A stretch of 64,000 nt of DNA from Gnetum montanum (taxonomy: Eukaryota; Plantae; Gnetophyta): NCBI GenBank assembly GCA_015680685.1, contig MNCI01002984.1:68221-132220 (forward strand). The letters are read 5' to 3'. Positions 26,753 to 38,727 of this stretch are shown here, in pieces (within the stretch, counting starts at the first letter, position 1; each line of letters begins with the position of its first letter). Under the pieces are notes generated by a model. The model saw only the letters and a list, made by a program, of their open reading frames with translations, did no database searches and was not told the DNA's origin. Position numbers and translations under genes: made by a program.

Positions 26753-28198
26753 ATGACCCCTTTTGTTGACATCTAGAGGATTTTCCCGAGAGACATCGAC
26801 AAAGAATATGAAACACCATGAAGAACAATATGGCAACACCACTCTTCAGTGCCCGCTTGGACCATGCTTCGCTACGTTTGAAATTACTGGGAGAGTGATT
26901 GTAAGGTAAGGGGGCAAGGGATGGATTTGAGGAAACAGGTTCGGGGAAGAAATGAATGTAAAATGCGATGCTTTAAAAAACTATTTCCATAGCGTGATCT
27001 CTTGTCGGAGTGCTTATAAGGGAGTCAACACACATGGGTGTCTTTCTTTGTTGGCCTTTGACCCCTCACCGGAGTTCTTAGAGATGGTCGATTTATGATC
27101 GAAGTGATTGTAAAGTAGCTGCTATGCCATTTGTTTTATGCACTTGTCTCTTTTTTGAGCTTTTTTTTAAGCTTTTTGCTCTTTTGTGCTTTTTTTTTCA
27201 TGCCCATGCTTGCATGAAGGCAACCTTGTTGTTGTTGCAGGGTAGGTGTTTCCTCCTCAGGATGAGCTATGTTACATCCATGTGAGGCTTTGACGTACCT
27301 ACAAAGGCTTCCCATGGGATGAGTTGCATTATGTCCACCATGGACTTGGTTGTTGGGCATGTGAAAGGGCTTTGTGCATTGGGAAGGCTTGTAAAGAAGA
27401 TATGGGAAACTGCAAGTATAGGGCATGGGGATTAAGTTGATTGAAAAGAAGAGTAGTGTATCCACTCTCATGTAGCTAGGCTAATCGAAGCAGGTGATTT
27501 GGAGCAATGTAGTGCCTTGCTCTCATGGTGAAATGCATCCCTGAATGATGTCATCTTGGCTTTTATCCTACAAACACAATAGAGAGAAAACCAGAAAAAA
27601 GCAACCATGAAGTGAAGTGATGGCAAAGTCTTACTTGCTCTAGACACTGCCAAAGTGGCAAGTGTTGTGTTTGATATGTGCGATGTTCAAAGAAAGAAGG
27701 CTAGCACCAGTTCTAGCAGTGGTAGGCTGAAAAGGTTAGCACTAAAGAGGCTAGGAGTGGTGGTGATGCAGGTGCTCAAGATTCCCTACCCAAGGCAAAC
27801 ATCCTGCAGTCTAGTTTCAAGGTGAGAAGCCTAACAACTGAACGCCTCTTGGACTTGGATGATGGCAAGGGCTAGAGGATGGCAACCTTGTGGCTGGGCC
27901 ACAATAGTGTTGGGACTCCAGTAGTAGGTGTTGATAGCAAGAGCTACTACTAGGATGATTGGTTGTCGTAGTGGTAGCTCTGGAAGGTCAACAAGATGTC
28001 AAACAACATCTCTGGAAGATTAGAAAGACACGATGGATGGTGATGCTACATGTTTTCCAAAGGGTTTTTTTCTTGACGATGTGAACTACATCCTGGAACT
28101 GTAACGTCCCACCCCATGTTGTCCAGGAAGATTGAAAGTGTGCATGCTTGCTTGTTCACAAGAGTCACATGTGTGTGTTGGGAAGCATTGCACCATGA

Positions 28199-28345
28199 AC
28201 CTAGTTTAAAGTCCTAGTAGACTATTAGGTGTGCTAGTTTAAGGTCCTAGCAAACTGATGTGCTAGTTTCACATCGTAGCAGATGATGGATGGCCAGTTT
28301 AAGATCGTAGCGAATCATGCTATGGGTGCCAATTTTACATCATAG
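28199..28345. repeat. Array of CTAGTTTAAGGTC-type motif downstream of integrase (outer)
   Basis: About 5 copies of (C/T)AGTTT..(G/A)TC.TAG spaced about 25-35 bp. Confidence 0.8.
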
Positions 28346-28378
28346 CCCAAGGATGTGTATCTGATGTAATCCTTTGCG

Positions 28379-31300
28379 TCAAACATAGTATGGCTTGAGG
28401 TACAAGTGGTTGATGGGATTTGTAAACTCGTTGCCATCCATATCAGCTAGTTTGAATGCCACATTCTCATAGGATTTTGTGACTATGAAAGGGCCTTCCC
28501 AGTTTGCTAAGAATTTGCTCACTGGTTCACGAACAGCCTTGAGGACTAGGTCCCCCTTCTTGATCAATTGTTGATGTAAATTGCAGTGATGTTTTTGCCG
28601 TTGTTTATCTTGGTACCATTCAATGCGACCAAGTATTTGGGCACATTCCTCCTCTATGGAGTCAAGATCAATGATCATTGACTCATTGTTTTAAGTCTCA
28701 TCCACAACATTTGAGAGGATCATCTGAAGTGATGGAACTTGCAATTCAAGAGGTAACACTGCTTTAGATCCATAAACAAGAATGTAAGGAGTCTTACCTG
28801 TAGCTATTCTGCATGTCGTACAGTAAGCCCACAACACGTAGAGGATTTGTTCATGCCATCACTTCTTGCTACTGCTAAGCATCTTTTTCAACAGGTTGAT
28901 AATGGCTTTATTTGTTGCTTCTGCCTAACCGTTCACCTATGGGTAGATGAAAAAGAGTATTAGATGCTAAGGTTTTCGCAAAAGGTTTTGGTTTCTGCGC
29001 TACTAAATTACGGCCCATTTTCAGTCACAATAGTAATGGGAAGACCAAACCTTGTCACTATGTTATCCAAAATAAAGTGGTAAACCTATTGAGATGTGGT
29101 CTTTGTCAGGGGAATAGCCTCTGCCCATGTTGTGAAGTATTCAGTTGCGGTGATAATGAAGCTATGTCCTGCAGAAGACTTACGTGTGATAGGTCCTATG
29201 ATATCTAGTCCCCAACGTTGGAATGGCCATGTAATTTGCATGGTATGTAATTCAGTTGGTGACACGTGTATGAGATTCGCATGGCGTTGACATACATCAC
29301 ATGTTCTAACCTTGGCAAGGCAATCACGTTCTATGCAAGGCTAGTAGTAACCTAAGCATATGATTTTTGCTACCATAGCCCTAGGGGCTATGTATCCTCC
29401 ACACAATCCCTCATTGACTTTGTTAACAATCTTTTGTGCTTCTTCCACACTAATGCATTCTAGTAGTATCCCATCAAAGGAGCATTTGCATAAGGTGTTA
29501 TCTCCTACGAGGACATATTGTCATGCTCGCTTTTGTATTGCATCTTTTTGGGTAGATGTCAAGTCATGTGGGGGCTCACCATGTTGGAGGTATTCTTTAA
29601 TGTTGTGATACCACTCTTGGGTTTGAGTTACACCTACAGACGTAATGTGGGAAGCATGAGTGATAGGATTGGTGCATGTCACTATCGCATGGTAGGCAAA
29701 GTAGCAAACATGTGTGATGGCATGTTTAAAGTTAATGTAGCTAGTGCATCAGCTACAGTGTTTTTGTTATGTGGAACATGTTGGATGTCTAAAGTTGTAA
29801 ACTAGTTTAGTAGACTTTTGGCTAAGTCACAATAAGGTTGCAAATGTGGAGCTTTGCAAGCATAGACTTTGGTGATTTGGTTGATAACAAGTTGTGAATC
29901 ACCCTAGATTGCTAAGTCTTGGATCTTCAACTCTTGAGTTGCTAGAAGGCCCCTAAGGAGTCCTTCATACTTGGCTACGTTGTTTGTGCAAAGAAATGTA
30001 AAATGATACACGAAGGGTCGAATTTCTCTAGACGGAAATGGTAGAACAGTAGCAGCGCTACCACTTCATGTGGTTGAAGCACTGTTGAAATGTAAACTAG
30101 CCTTAAAATCCGTTGGCATAGTACTTATGCTATTGACATGCTCATCTAAAAACTTAGGCTCTATTATTGTTTGGTCATTAACGAGTGAAGTTGTAAGCTG
30201 TGTGGCTATTTCTTGACCCTTTGTAGATGTTTGTGCCACATAATGTAGATCGAATTCCATAGTTATGGCTTTCCATCGAGCTATTTTACTGCTCTCGTAT
30301 AAGTTGGTTGTGATAGCCCGAAGCATTTTGCTTTTGCATATGATGTTAACTTTACTATGAAATAGGTAATGTCTCCATTTTTTTAGTGCAAACAATAAGG
30401 CAAGACAATTTCTCTCCACTTCATTGTACTTTGCTTTATGTGCTATTAATGCATGACTCAAGTAGTAGACTGGGATTTCAAACCCATCATCTCTCTTCTG
30501 ACATAGTAGTGTGACAATGGATGTGTCTGAGGTGGCAAGGTAGATGTAGAAAGGCTTATACCTCTGTGGAGGGTAAATAGTGGGAAGATTCAAAAGCTCT
30601 TTCTTTAGGTTATCAAAGGCTTGTTGACATTGATCTATTCACTCGAAGTTTATCCCCTTCTTGAGTAGGTGTTGCATGGGGTGTAGTTTATTTGTTAACC
30701 TCGTGATAAACCTTCTGATAAATTGTGCTCTACCTTGCAACCCACGCAACTCTTTAAGATTTGTAAGTGGTTCTAGGTTGACAATAGCCCTCACCTTATC
30801 AGGGTCCACTTGTATCCCTATTTTTGACACTACAAAACCTAGCATGCATTCGATTTTAACCCTAAAAACACATTTCCTAGGGTTGAGGCACAGGTCATAC
30901 CTATGACAATGTTGGAGAACTACATTTAGATCATTGGGATGATCAATAGCTTCCTTAGACTTAACTGTTATGTCATCAATGTAGTCGTTTAGCCTTTCTA
31001 AGAGGTTATTGCTGAAGATGTATATCATTGCTCATTGATATATTGCTCCAGCATTTTTCAGCCCAAAGATTATCATTATGTAGTAAAAAGTCCCCCAAGG
31101 GGTCATAAAGGTAGTTGCCAATTGGTGCTCTAGGTTGATGTGGATCTGGTTAGAACCTGAGAACCCATCCATGAAGGATAGTAAGGCATGACTAGCTGTA
31201 GTGTCGATAAGTTGATCAATACTTGGGAATGGGAATTCATCCTTAATCATTGCTTTGTTCAGGTCTCGAAAGTCTATACAAATTTGTATACCTCCCATTT

Positions 31301-31859
31301 TCTTAGAAACTACACAATGTTTAATACCCATTCCGAGTAATCAATGGCCCAAATGAAACCAGCTTGATAAAGCTTGGTGATTTCATCGCATATAACTAGT
31401 GCAATCTCCAGTTTGATTTTGTGAGCCTTTTGCTTGATTGCCTTGACACATGGATCTAGGATAATGTTGTGTTGTATGAGTCATGGGTCTAGGCCTGGCA
31501 TGTCATCATATGACCATGCAAACACTTTAACATTGTCATTGAGAACTTTTGAGATGTTTTGATGTACCTGTGGATGTAATAGGAAGCTAACTTTCAAGGT
31601 TTTACCTTCACCTCTAGAGGTAGTTATAGGGGTTTCAATAAGGGGATCCTTAGTTACATCCCTAGCCTCTAAGTCTAAGGCTTGAACTAGATGTTCAGGC
31701 TAGTTGAGGGGTGCTTCTAAGAATGCTACGTAAATTTCACAAGAGGATGATTCAAAGTCTACTAACTCTAGGTTCAAGTGTCTTGTAAATCTATCATGGG
31801 GACCTGTCAGGGTCAAGGGAAAATGAAGATCATCGTGCATAGCCATTTTCTAGTTGAAC
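28379..31859 (-). pseudogene. pol of outer Tat: RT, RNase H, additional (archaeal-type) RNase H, integrase; degenerate
   Basis: CIDFRDLNKA, SFMDGFSG, DYIDDI, PVYYLS..VERNCLAL, LHFNSAS (aRH), KFLANWEGPF..HLYLKPYYV. Confidence 0.95.
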
Positions 31860-31954
31860 CTACCACAATAAGCAAATAGACCAAGTCAAGTGATACCTAT
31901 TTAAGATAATAACATGTAATGAATATATGTAAATCAATGATGCGACATAAGATA

Positions 31955-32145
31955 GTTGCCAGTTTAAGGTCTTAGCGGGCCGTCACTATGCAAAATTTGT
32001 AAATTGAAGTTGCTAGTTTAAGGTCTTAGTGGATTGCCACTATGCAAAATTTGTAAATTGAAGTTGCCAGTTTAAGGTCTTAGTGGACCGTAACCATGTA
32101 ACATTGTGAGTTAAAGTTGCCAATTTAAGGTCATAGCGGACCTTC
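31955..32145. repeat. About 53-bp tandem repeat containing GTTGCCAGTTTAAGGTCTTAGCGGAC, 4 copies
   Basis: Direct repeats at about 31955, 32008, 32062, 32117. Confidence 0.88.
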
Positions 32146-32164
32146 ATTGGGTCTAAAATGTAAG

Positions 32165-32474
32165 CTTCTGAAGCTTGCTATGCTACATAGCATAGTAGGC
32201 CTCATGACTTAGAAAACTTGCCGAACTGTTTCTTGCGCATCTAGGATGCTACTGCCAATTTTGCATGTTGTTCTTGAGTAGGCTACCAACTGTTTAGGCT
32301 ACTTTGGTGGGCGAGCAGGATGGTACAGAACCTGTCCATGCTCAAAGTAGAAAATTTGCCAAACTGGTCGACCTGGACTCAGAACGTTCTTTTCCTGATG
32401 AACTGCCATCGTGCTGTGTAGACTGCAAGATCCTGGTGAGGCCAGGTTGATCTCGTATTTTTTAAGGTGTTTCA
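32165..32474 (-). repeat. Truncated 3' LTR of inner Tat element
   Basis: Aligns to 50657-50976 only; starts TGAAACACC on minus after the PPT. Confidence 0.9.
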
Positions 32475-33477
32475 TTGGCCCCTCTTTGTCGACGTCTAGA
32501 GAATGGGCTTGATGGATGTTGGCAAACAATATGAAACACCGCAGCAGGCGAAATGCTAAAGTTGTCGCTTGGTAAGTGCTGGGACGTTGCTTGGCCATGC
32601 TTGAGAGTGTTGCATTGGTTTTGTGGAGGTTAAGGCAGAGAGCAAAGATGATGTTTAGCCGAGTCCCTCGTCGAAGTGCTCTGAGGGGCTCGTTTGCATT
32701 TTCATATTTGGATGGTGCTATTCTTCAACCTCTTGTAGGCAGGTGTCCCCTCCGTAGGATGAGTTATGTTACATCCATGGAGGGTTCTGACTTGCCTATT
32801 ATAGTCTTCCACACGATGAGCTATGTTATGCGGGTGCTAAATTTGCACTCTCAAATAACCATGTTAGTCGAGGCACTCGCTTCGTGACGCTGTAGCCTTT
32901 ACTACTGTAGCGGGATGCGTCTGCGGGTACGAGGTCTTGCTAGATACTGGCATTGTTGTTATTCTTGGGCACTATTGCTGGTGTGAGATGCCCAAAGTAG
33001 GGAGGCCAGCACCAGTCCTGGCAGCGTTGATCACGGGGGAGCTGGTCCCCAAGGCACCGGGGGTGCGGATGCACTGGAATCCCCACCAAAGGAATGCATG
33101 CTCAGTTTAGCTATGAGATCAGCTACCACATAGCTGAACATTGCGTGAGCCGAAACCTTGGTGGGGAGCTGAAGAGCAACAATATTGTGGCTAGGCCATA
33201 ATACTGTCAGCACCTCAGAAGCAGGAATGAGCCCAGGAACTACCATAAGGGTGGTGGGCCGTGGCGACAGTAGGTTTGAAGGGCCTGTATGTCATCATAC
33301 AACGTCTTCGAAGGGTTAGCATGACACCTAGAGTGGTGCTGCATATGCCCTAGACCATGTTCTCCTTATGTCAATAACTACGTCCTAGAGCTACGATGTC
33401 CCACCTACACGTTGGTATCATGCCCTTTCGTTCGATGTGTATCTGGTGGTGTTGCATGTTAAGGGTGCGACGCGAAC

Positions 33478-33722
33478 CCAGTTTAAGGTCTTGGTAGACA
33501 GTGTGCTAGTTCAAGGCCCCAACGGACTGTTGTGTTGGTTTAAGGTCCCAGCAAACCGTACATGCCAGTTTTACGTCGTAGTGGACGTGAAATGCCAGTT
33601 TATAGTCATAGTGGACTAAAAGGCCAGTTTTACGTCGTGGCGGACGTTACTCGGTGCTGCTAGTTTATCATCATTGCAGACACTGCCTGGTGCAACTGCT
33701 AGTTTATCATCGTAGCGGACAG
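33478..33722. repeat. Array of about 25-37-bp units CCAGTTT..GTCGTAGCGGAC downstream of integrase (inner), about 8 copies
   Basis: Directly visible repeats; same motif family as 28199-28345. Confidence 0.85.
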
Positions 33723-33744
33723 TGCTTGTTGTTGCCATTGCACT

Positions 33745-36700
33745 TCAGACATAGTACGGCTTGAGGTACGTGTGGTTCACCAGGTTGGCGAACTCGTTGT
33801 TGTCCATGTCTTCTAGCTTAAAGGCTCCATTCCCAAAGGCTTTAGTGACCATGTAAGGACCTTCCCAGTTGGCTGAGAACTTACTTACGTGCTCATGGAT
33901 GGCCTTAAGGATGAGGTCTCCCTTCTGCACTGGCTGTTGATGTGGGTTTGCACGGTGCTTCTACTGTTGTTTGTTCTGATAATGCTCGATTCGTCTCAGC
34001 GTCTACATGCATTCCTCCTCCACCAAGTCGAGATTGATGGTACGTGATTCGTTGTTCTGACTTTGCTTACAACATCAGACAGGATCATCCGAAGTGAGGG
34101 TACCTGCAACTCAAGAGGCAATACAGCTTCAGATCCGTAAATAAGACTGTAAGGGATCTTACTCGTCATAGTTCTACAAGTCATTCGATAGGCCTAAAGG
34201 ATGTAGAGTATTTTCTCGTGCCACCGCCTCTTGCTATTGCTAAGCATCCACTTTAGTAAGTTGATGATGGACTTATTTGTAGCCTCTGCCTACCCATTCG
34301 CCTACAGATAATAAGGGGAAGAAAATGATTGTTCAATGCCTAGATTGCTACAGAAGGTTTGGGTTTCCATACTGCTGAACTATGGTCCATTGTCGATCAC
34401 AATAGTCATTGGAAGTCCAAACCTAGTTACGATGTTATCGAGGATGAAATGGCAGATTTGCTGAGACGTCGTTTTCATCAGGGGAATAACTTCCACCCAC
34501 TTAGTAAAATACTCTGTGGTAGTGATAATGAAGCTATGCCCTGTAGAGGACTTAGGCGTGATAGGCCCTATGAGGTCTAGTCCCCATCGTTGGAAGGGCC
34601 ACGTAATTTGTGTTGGGTGTAGGTCTGTAGGTGCTATGTGAATTTGCGTATCTCTGGCATATGTCACATGTCTTGACCTTCGATAGGCATTCACACTCCA
34701 TGTAGGGCCAATAGTACCCTAGGCATATGATTTTCACAGCCATAGCCCTGGGTGCTATGTGTCCACCATACAGCCCTTCATGAACCTCATTAACTACATT
34801 TTGTGCTTGCTTACTACCCATGCATGTCAACAATATCCCATCGTAGGATCGTCGGCACAGGACATCATTTCCCATGAGCACGTGTTTTCGAGCACGTTTC
34901 TAGATTGCATCTCTTTGAGCTGATGTCAATTCACTTGGGGATTCGCCATGCTGTAAATAAGCTTTAATGTTATTGTACCACTCCGGGGTGTCGGTAGCGT
35001 CGATAGAGGCCACATGTTCCACCTGAGTGATAGGCTCCGTACATTCTATGATCGTAGTTGGTAGGTTTTCCAAGGAATGCGATGGGATGTTTAATGTGAG
35101 GGTAGCTAAGGGATCTACTATGGTGTTCTCGTTGCGTGGAACGTGTTGCATATTAGTGGTCATGAATTGCTTTAGTAAGATTTTTTCTAGGTAGCAGTAG
35201 GATTGCAGGTGTGTAGCCTTGCAGGCGTAGACTTTGGTGATTTGATTCACGACTAGTTGTGAATTTTCCCAGATCACTAGGTGTTGTAAATGTAGCACAC
35301 GTGCAGTTAAGAGGGCTCTGAGTAGCCCCTTGTACTCTACCACATTGTTGGTGCAAGGGAACGCAAAATGATAGGAGGATGGGTACATTTCCCCAGAGGG
35401 GAATGTGATTGTGGCAGCAGCATTACCTCCTCGTGTGGTTGAGGAGCCGTTGAAGTGTAAGGTTGCCTCAAAATGTGACAGAATGATGGAAACATTGCTA
35501 ACGTATTTGTCTGGGAACTCGGGATCTACGATTTCATGGTCATCGACTGGAGAGGCCACAAGTTGGGTTGCTATGGCTTGGCCCTTTGTCGAAGATTAAC
35601 TTACATAACGTAGGTCGAACTCCGTGATTATTGCTTTCCATCGTGCTATCCTGCTACTTTTGTACAGGTTTTCGATGATAGCCCGGAGTATGTTACTCTT
35701 GCAAATGATGTTGGTTGTGCTATAGAATAGGTAGTGCCGCCACTTTTTTAGCGCAAAGACTAAGGCTAGACAGTTCCTCTCCACCTCATTGTATTTTTCC
35801 TCGTATGCTATCAGTGCATGGCTTAGGTAATAAATCGATATCTCAAAACTGTCATCGCGCTTTTGACATAGTGGTGTGGCTATGGATGTGTCGGAGGTGA
35901 CAAGGTATATGAAGAAAGGCTTGTCCCTTTGCAGCGGGTGCACCGTTGAGAGGTGCGAGAGCTCCTTCTTCAGGTCATCGAAGGCTTTTTGACACTAGGT
36001 TGTCCACTCAAAGTAAACCCCCTTCTTTAGATGTTGCATGAGGTGTAACTTGTCAGTGAACTTTGCTATAAACCTCCGAATGAATTGCACTCTACCCTGT
36101 AAACCACGTAACTCCTTAAGGTTTGTGGGAGGCGCTAGGTTGACAATGGCTTTGACTTTGTCTGGGTCCACCCGTATTCCAGCCTCTGATACTACAAACC
36201 CTAACATGTGTTCAGTCTTGACCCTGAAGACACACTTCTTAGGATTAAGACGTAAATCGTGCCTTTGGTAGCACTTGAAAATGAACTCTAGATCGCGTGG
36301 GTGGTGGGCCGCCTCTTTGGACTTAACCGCTATATCATCCATGTAATCGTTTAACTTTTCTAGGATGTAGTCGCTGAAAATGTACGTCATGGCTCATTGG
36401 TAGGTTGCTCCAGCATTCTTGAGCTCAAAAGGCATTATGGTATAGCAGAAGGTTCCCCATGGAGTCATGAAGTTTATCGACAGCTAGTGCTCTGGGTTGA
36501 TGCGGATTTGGTTGTATCCGGAGAAACCATCCATGAAGGATAGCAAAGCATGACTAGCTGTGGTGTCGATGAGTTGATCGATGCTTGGGAGTGGGAAGTT
36601 GTCTTTTATCATTGCCTTGTTCAAGTCTCGAAAGTCTATACAGATTCGTATCCCTCTTGTTTTCTTCGAAACCACAACGATGTTGGACACCCACTCTAAA

Positions 36701-37218
36701 TAGTCAACTGCACGAATGAAACCTGATCGGTATAACTTAGTCATTTTGTCCCTAATAGCTAGTGTGATTTCTGGCTTAATCTTACATGCCTTTTGCTTGA
36801 CTGCCCTTACGTGTGGGTCTAGAACGATGTTATGCTGAATCAGCTACGGATCTAGACTCGACATGTCATTGTATGACCATGCGAAAACATCGATGTGATC
36901 CTGAAAAGTTTTAACTATGCCCTCGTGTATTTGTATGCCTAGGAGGGAGCTAAGTATTAATGTCTTTACCTCCCTTCTTGACATGGTTACAGGTATCTCG
37001 ACAAGAGGATCCTTGGTTACATCCCCAGCCTCTAAATCTAGGGCATGGACCAGGTGTCTGGGCTAATCTGGAGGTGCTTCTAAGGTTGTTATAGTGTTAA
37101 TCATAATCGATCTCTAGTCAATCATGTCAAGGTTTAACTATCTTGTGAGCTTACCTTACGGCCCTGCTAACATTAGAGGGGTGGAAAGGGCACGACAGGT
37201 TTCCATCTCTTGGTTGAC
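33745..37218 (-). pseudogene. pol of inner Tat: RT, RNase H, aRH, integrase; degenerate
   Basis: DVFAWSY, CIDFRDLNKA, DYMDDI, LHFNGS..CTNNVVEY, HEGLYGGH, WPFQRWGLDLIGP..YFTKWVE..DNGP, KFSANWEGPY. Confidence 0.96.
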
Positions 37219-37895
37219 CTACCATCATAAGATGAAAGCCTAGGTAAGGGTCATCAGAGATTGTGTGAAACGTAAATCTACAAAGCAACACCGAGATGCG
37301 ACTTGCTAAGTAAGGTGATGTAAAGATTGAGAGTTTGCTAGTTTAAGGTCATGGTGGACCGCTAAGGCCTAAGCGTCTAGAATTGTTAAAGATATGTAAA
37401 TCATTGATGTGAAGTGCAAAGTTATGTAACCATTGATATGTGAATGTCAAACTGCTAGTTTAGTGTCATTTTGGACTGCCATATTGCGACATGCAAAATC
37501 TTGATATGCAAAATAATAAAAAGAATGAAACTACAAGTACAAAGGGTATTGAACTGCTAGTGCAGAAATGAAGACATGAAACTTCTAAAAAATATGATAC
37601 CACTTGTGTCGAGGCGTACGAGGTAACTGCTAATGTAAGGACTTAGTTAGCTTGACGTCATTGCAGACTGCGATTGTTATGAGTCGAAATTACTATTTTT
37701 GGATCCTGAGGAGCGTAATCATGCTAGGTTTGTTAGTTTAAGTTCTTTTTGGACCTTTAATAGAAAACAAACATTATTATATTAGTTTTCGAGAAGGCAA
37801 GTAATTGACTTGAAGCATGCCAAGGTTTAAATGCTAATAGTGTTGTGATGTCGTGGCGAGCATGCTACGCTGCACGCTGCACTCCACATTAATCG

Positions 37896-37950
37896 GAGAG
37901 AGAGAGAGAGAAAGTTTTCTCATTTTGCCACTACTGCCATAAATAGGGAT
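37896..37950 (+). promoter_or_regulatory. Putative promoter of the antisense gene: (GA)n tract plus TATA-like CATAAATAGGG
   Basis: GA repeat 37896-37911, TATA-like about 37938-37948, then a candidate first exon ending at donor GTGAGT (38207) and a U-rich intron. Confidence 0.5.
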
Positions 37951-38727
37951 TGAACCCTAGTAATTTCAACATTTTCACCATAAAAGCACAGAATCCTCAT
38001 CGGAGCACTCGGTGATTTCGGAGCACGGAGCAATTGTGTTAATCGATTAGCGAGGTGAATTTCTAAGGAGAAGGTCATAAATCTACAGGTAGGGCCATAG
38101 CTCCTAAAACTCAGTTGGTGCTTGCGAAGGTCGAGGAGGCAAAGAAGACCCTGAGGTGTGGGCCACAAGTGTGCGTTCCGGCATGGGAGAGCACACCGTT
38201 GACTCAGTGAGTTTTCATGTATCCTCTATCCTTTTCTCCTTGCACCTTCTGCCACTTTCTGCTTTGGTTTTGCATCTCATTTGTTTTTCTTTTGTATTTT
38301 CTATGACCGTGTTGTTTTAGCTTTTGTATTGCCATTGCCTCTTTTTCTTTTGGTTGTGGCTATTGTGCAAGGGTCTCGTTGTGATTGCATGCAAGGTTGT
38401 CGTCGCTATCGTGGTTGTCATGACTGCGGGGATGGGGCCCTTTAAGTTGCTTGACCTTGACATGCCGTGACGTAAAACCCTCGGGAGGGTTTGGTTATGT
38501 TTGACGCAGCGCCGCGGCGTGTGTTTTTGTTTGAGCATGTTGTTAGTTATTTTGCTACTACACTAACCTACTTGCGTATTCTTTCTACGCTAGGCTTTCG
38601 CATCTTTGCTACGCTATGGTGAACAAGGGGTTATGTTACGCTATATTCGTATTCTACTAAGCACTGCTATGTTGTGCATGCATTGCATTCAAATTTGATG
38701 TCAACATTTGCTATTTTCATCGTGCAG

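Noticed and set aside
33478-33722. CRISPR-like look of a constant motif with variable spacers
   Set aside because: Spacers are only about 5-15 bp, repeats are degenerate, there are no cas genes, and the context is a plant retroelement 3' region
35440-35465. aRH catalytic Asp replaced by Asn (LHFN) in both Tat elements
   Set aside because: TTC-GAC to TTC-AAC is a CpG deamination hotspot, so it is not evidence of a functional change
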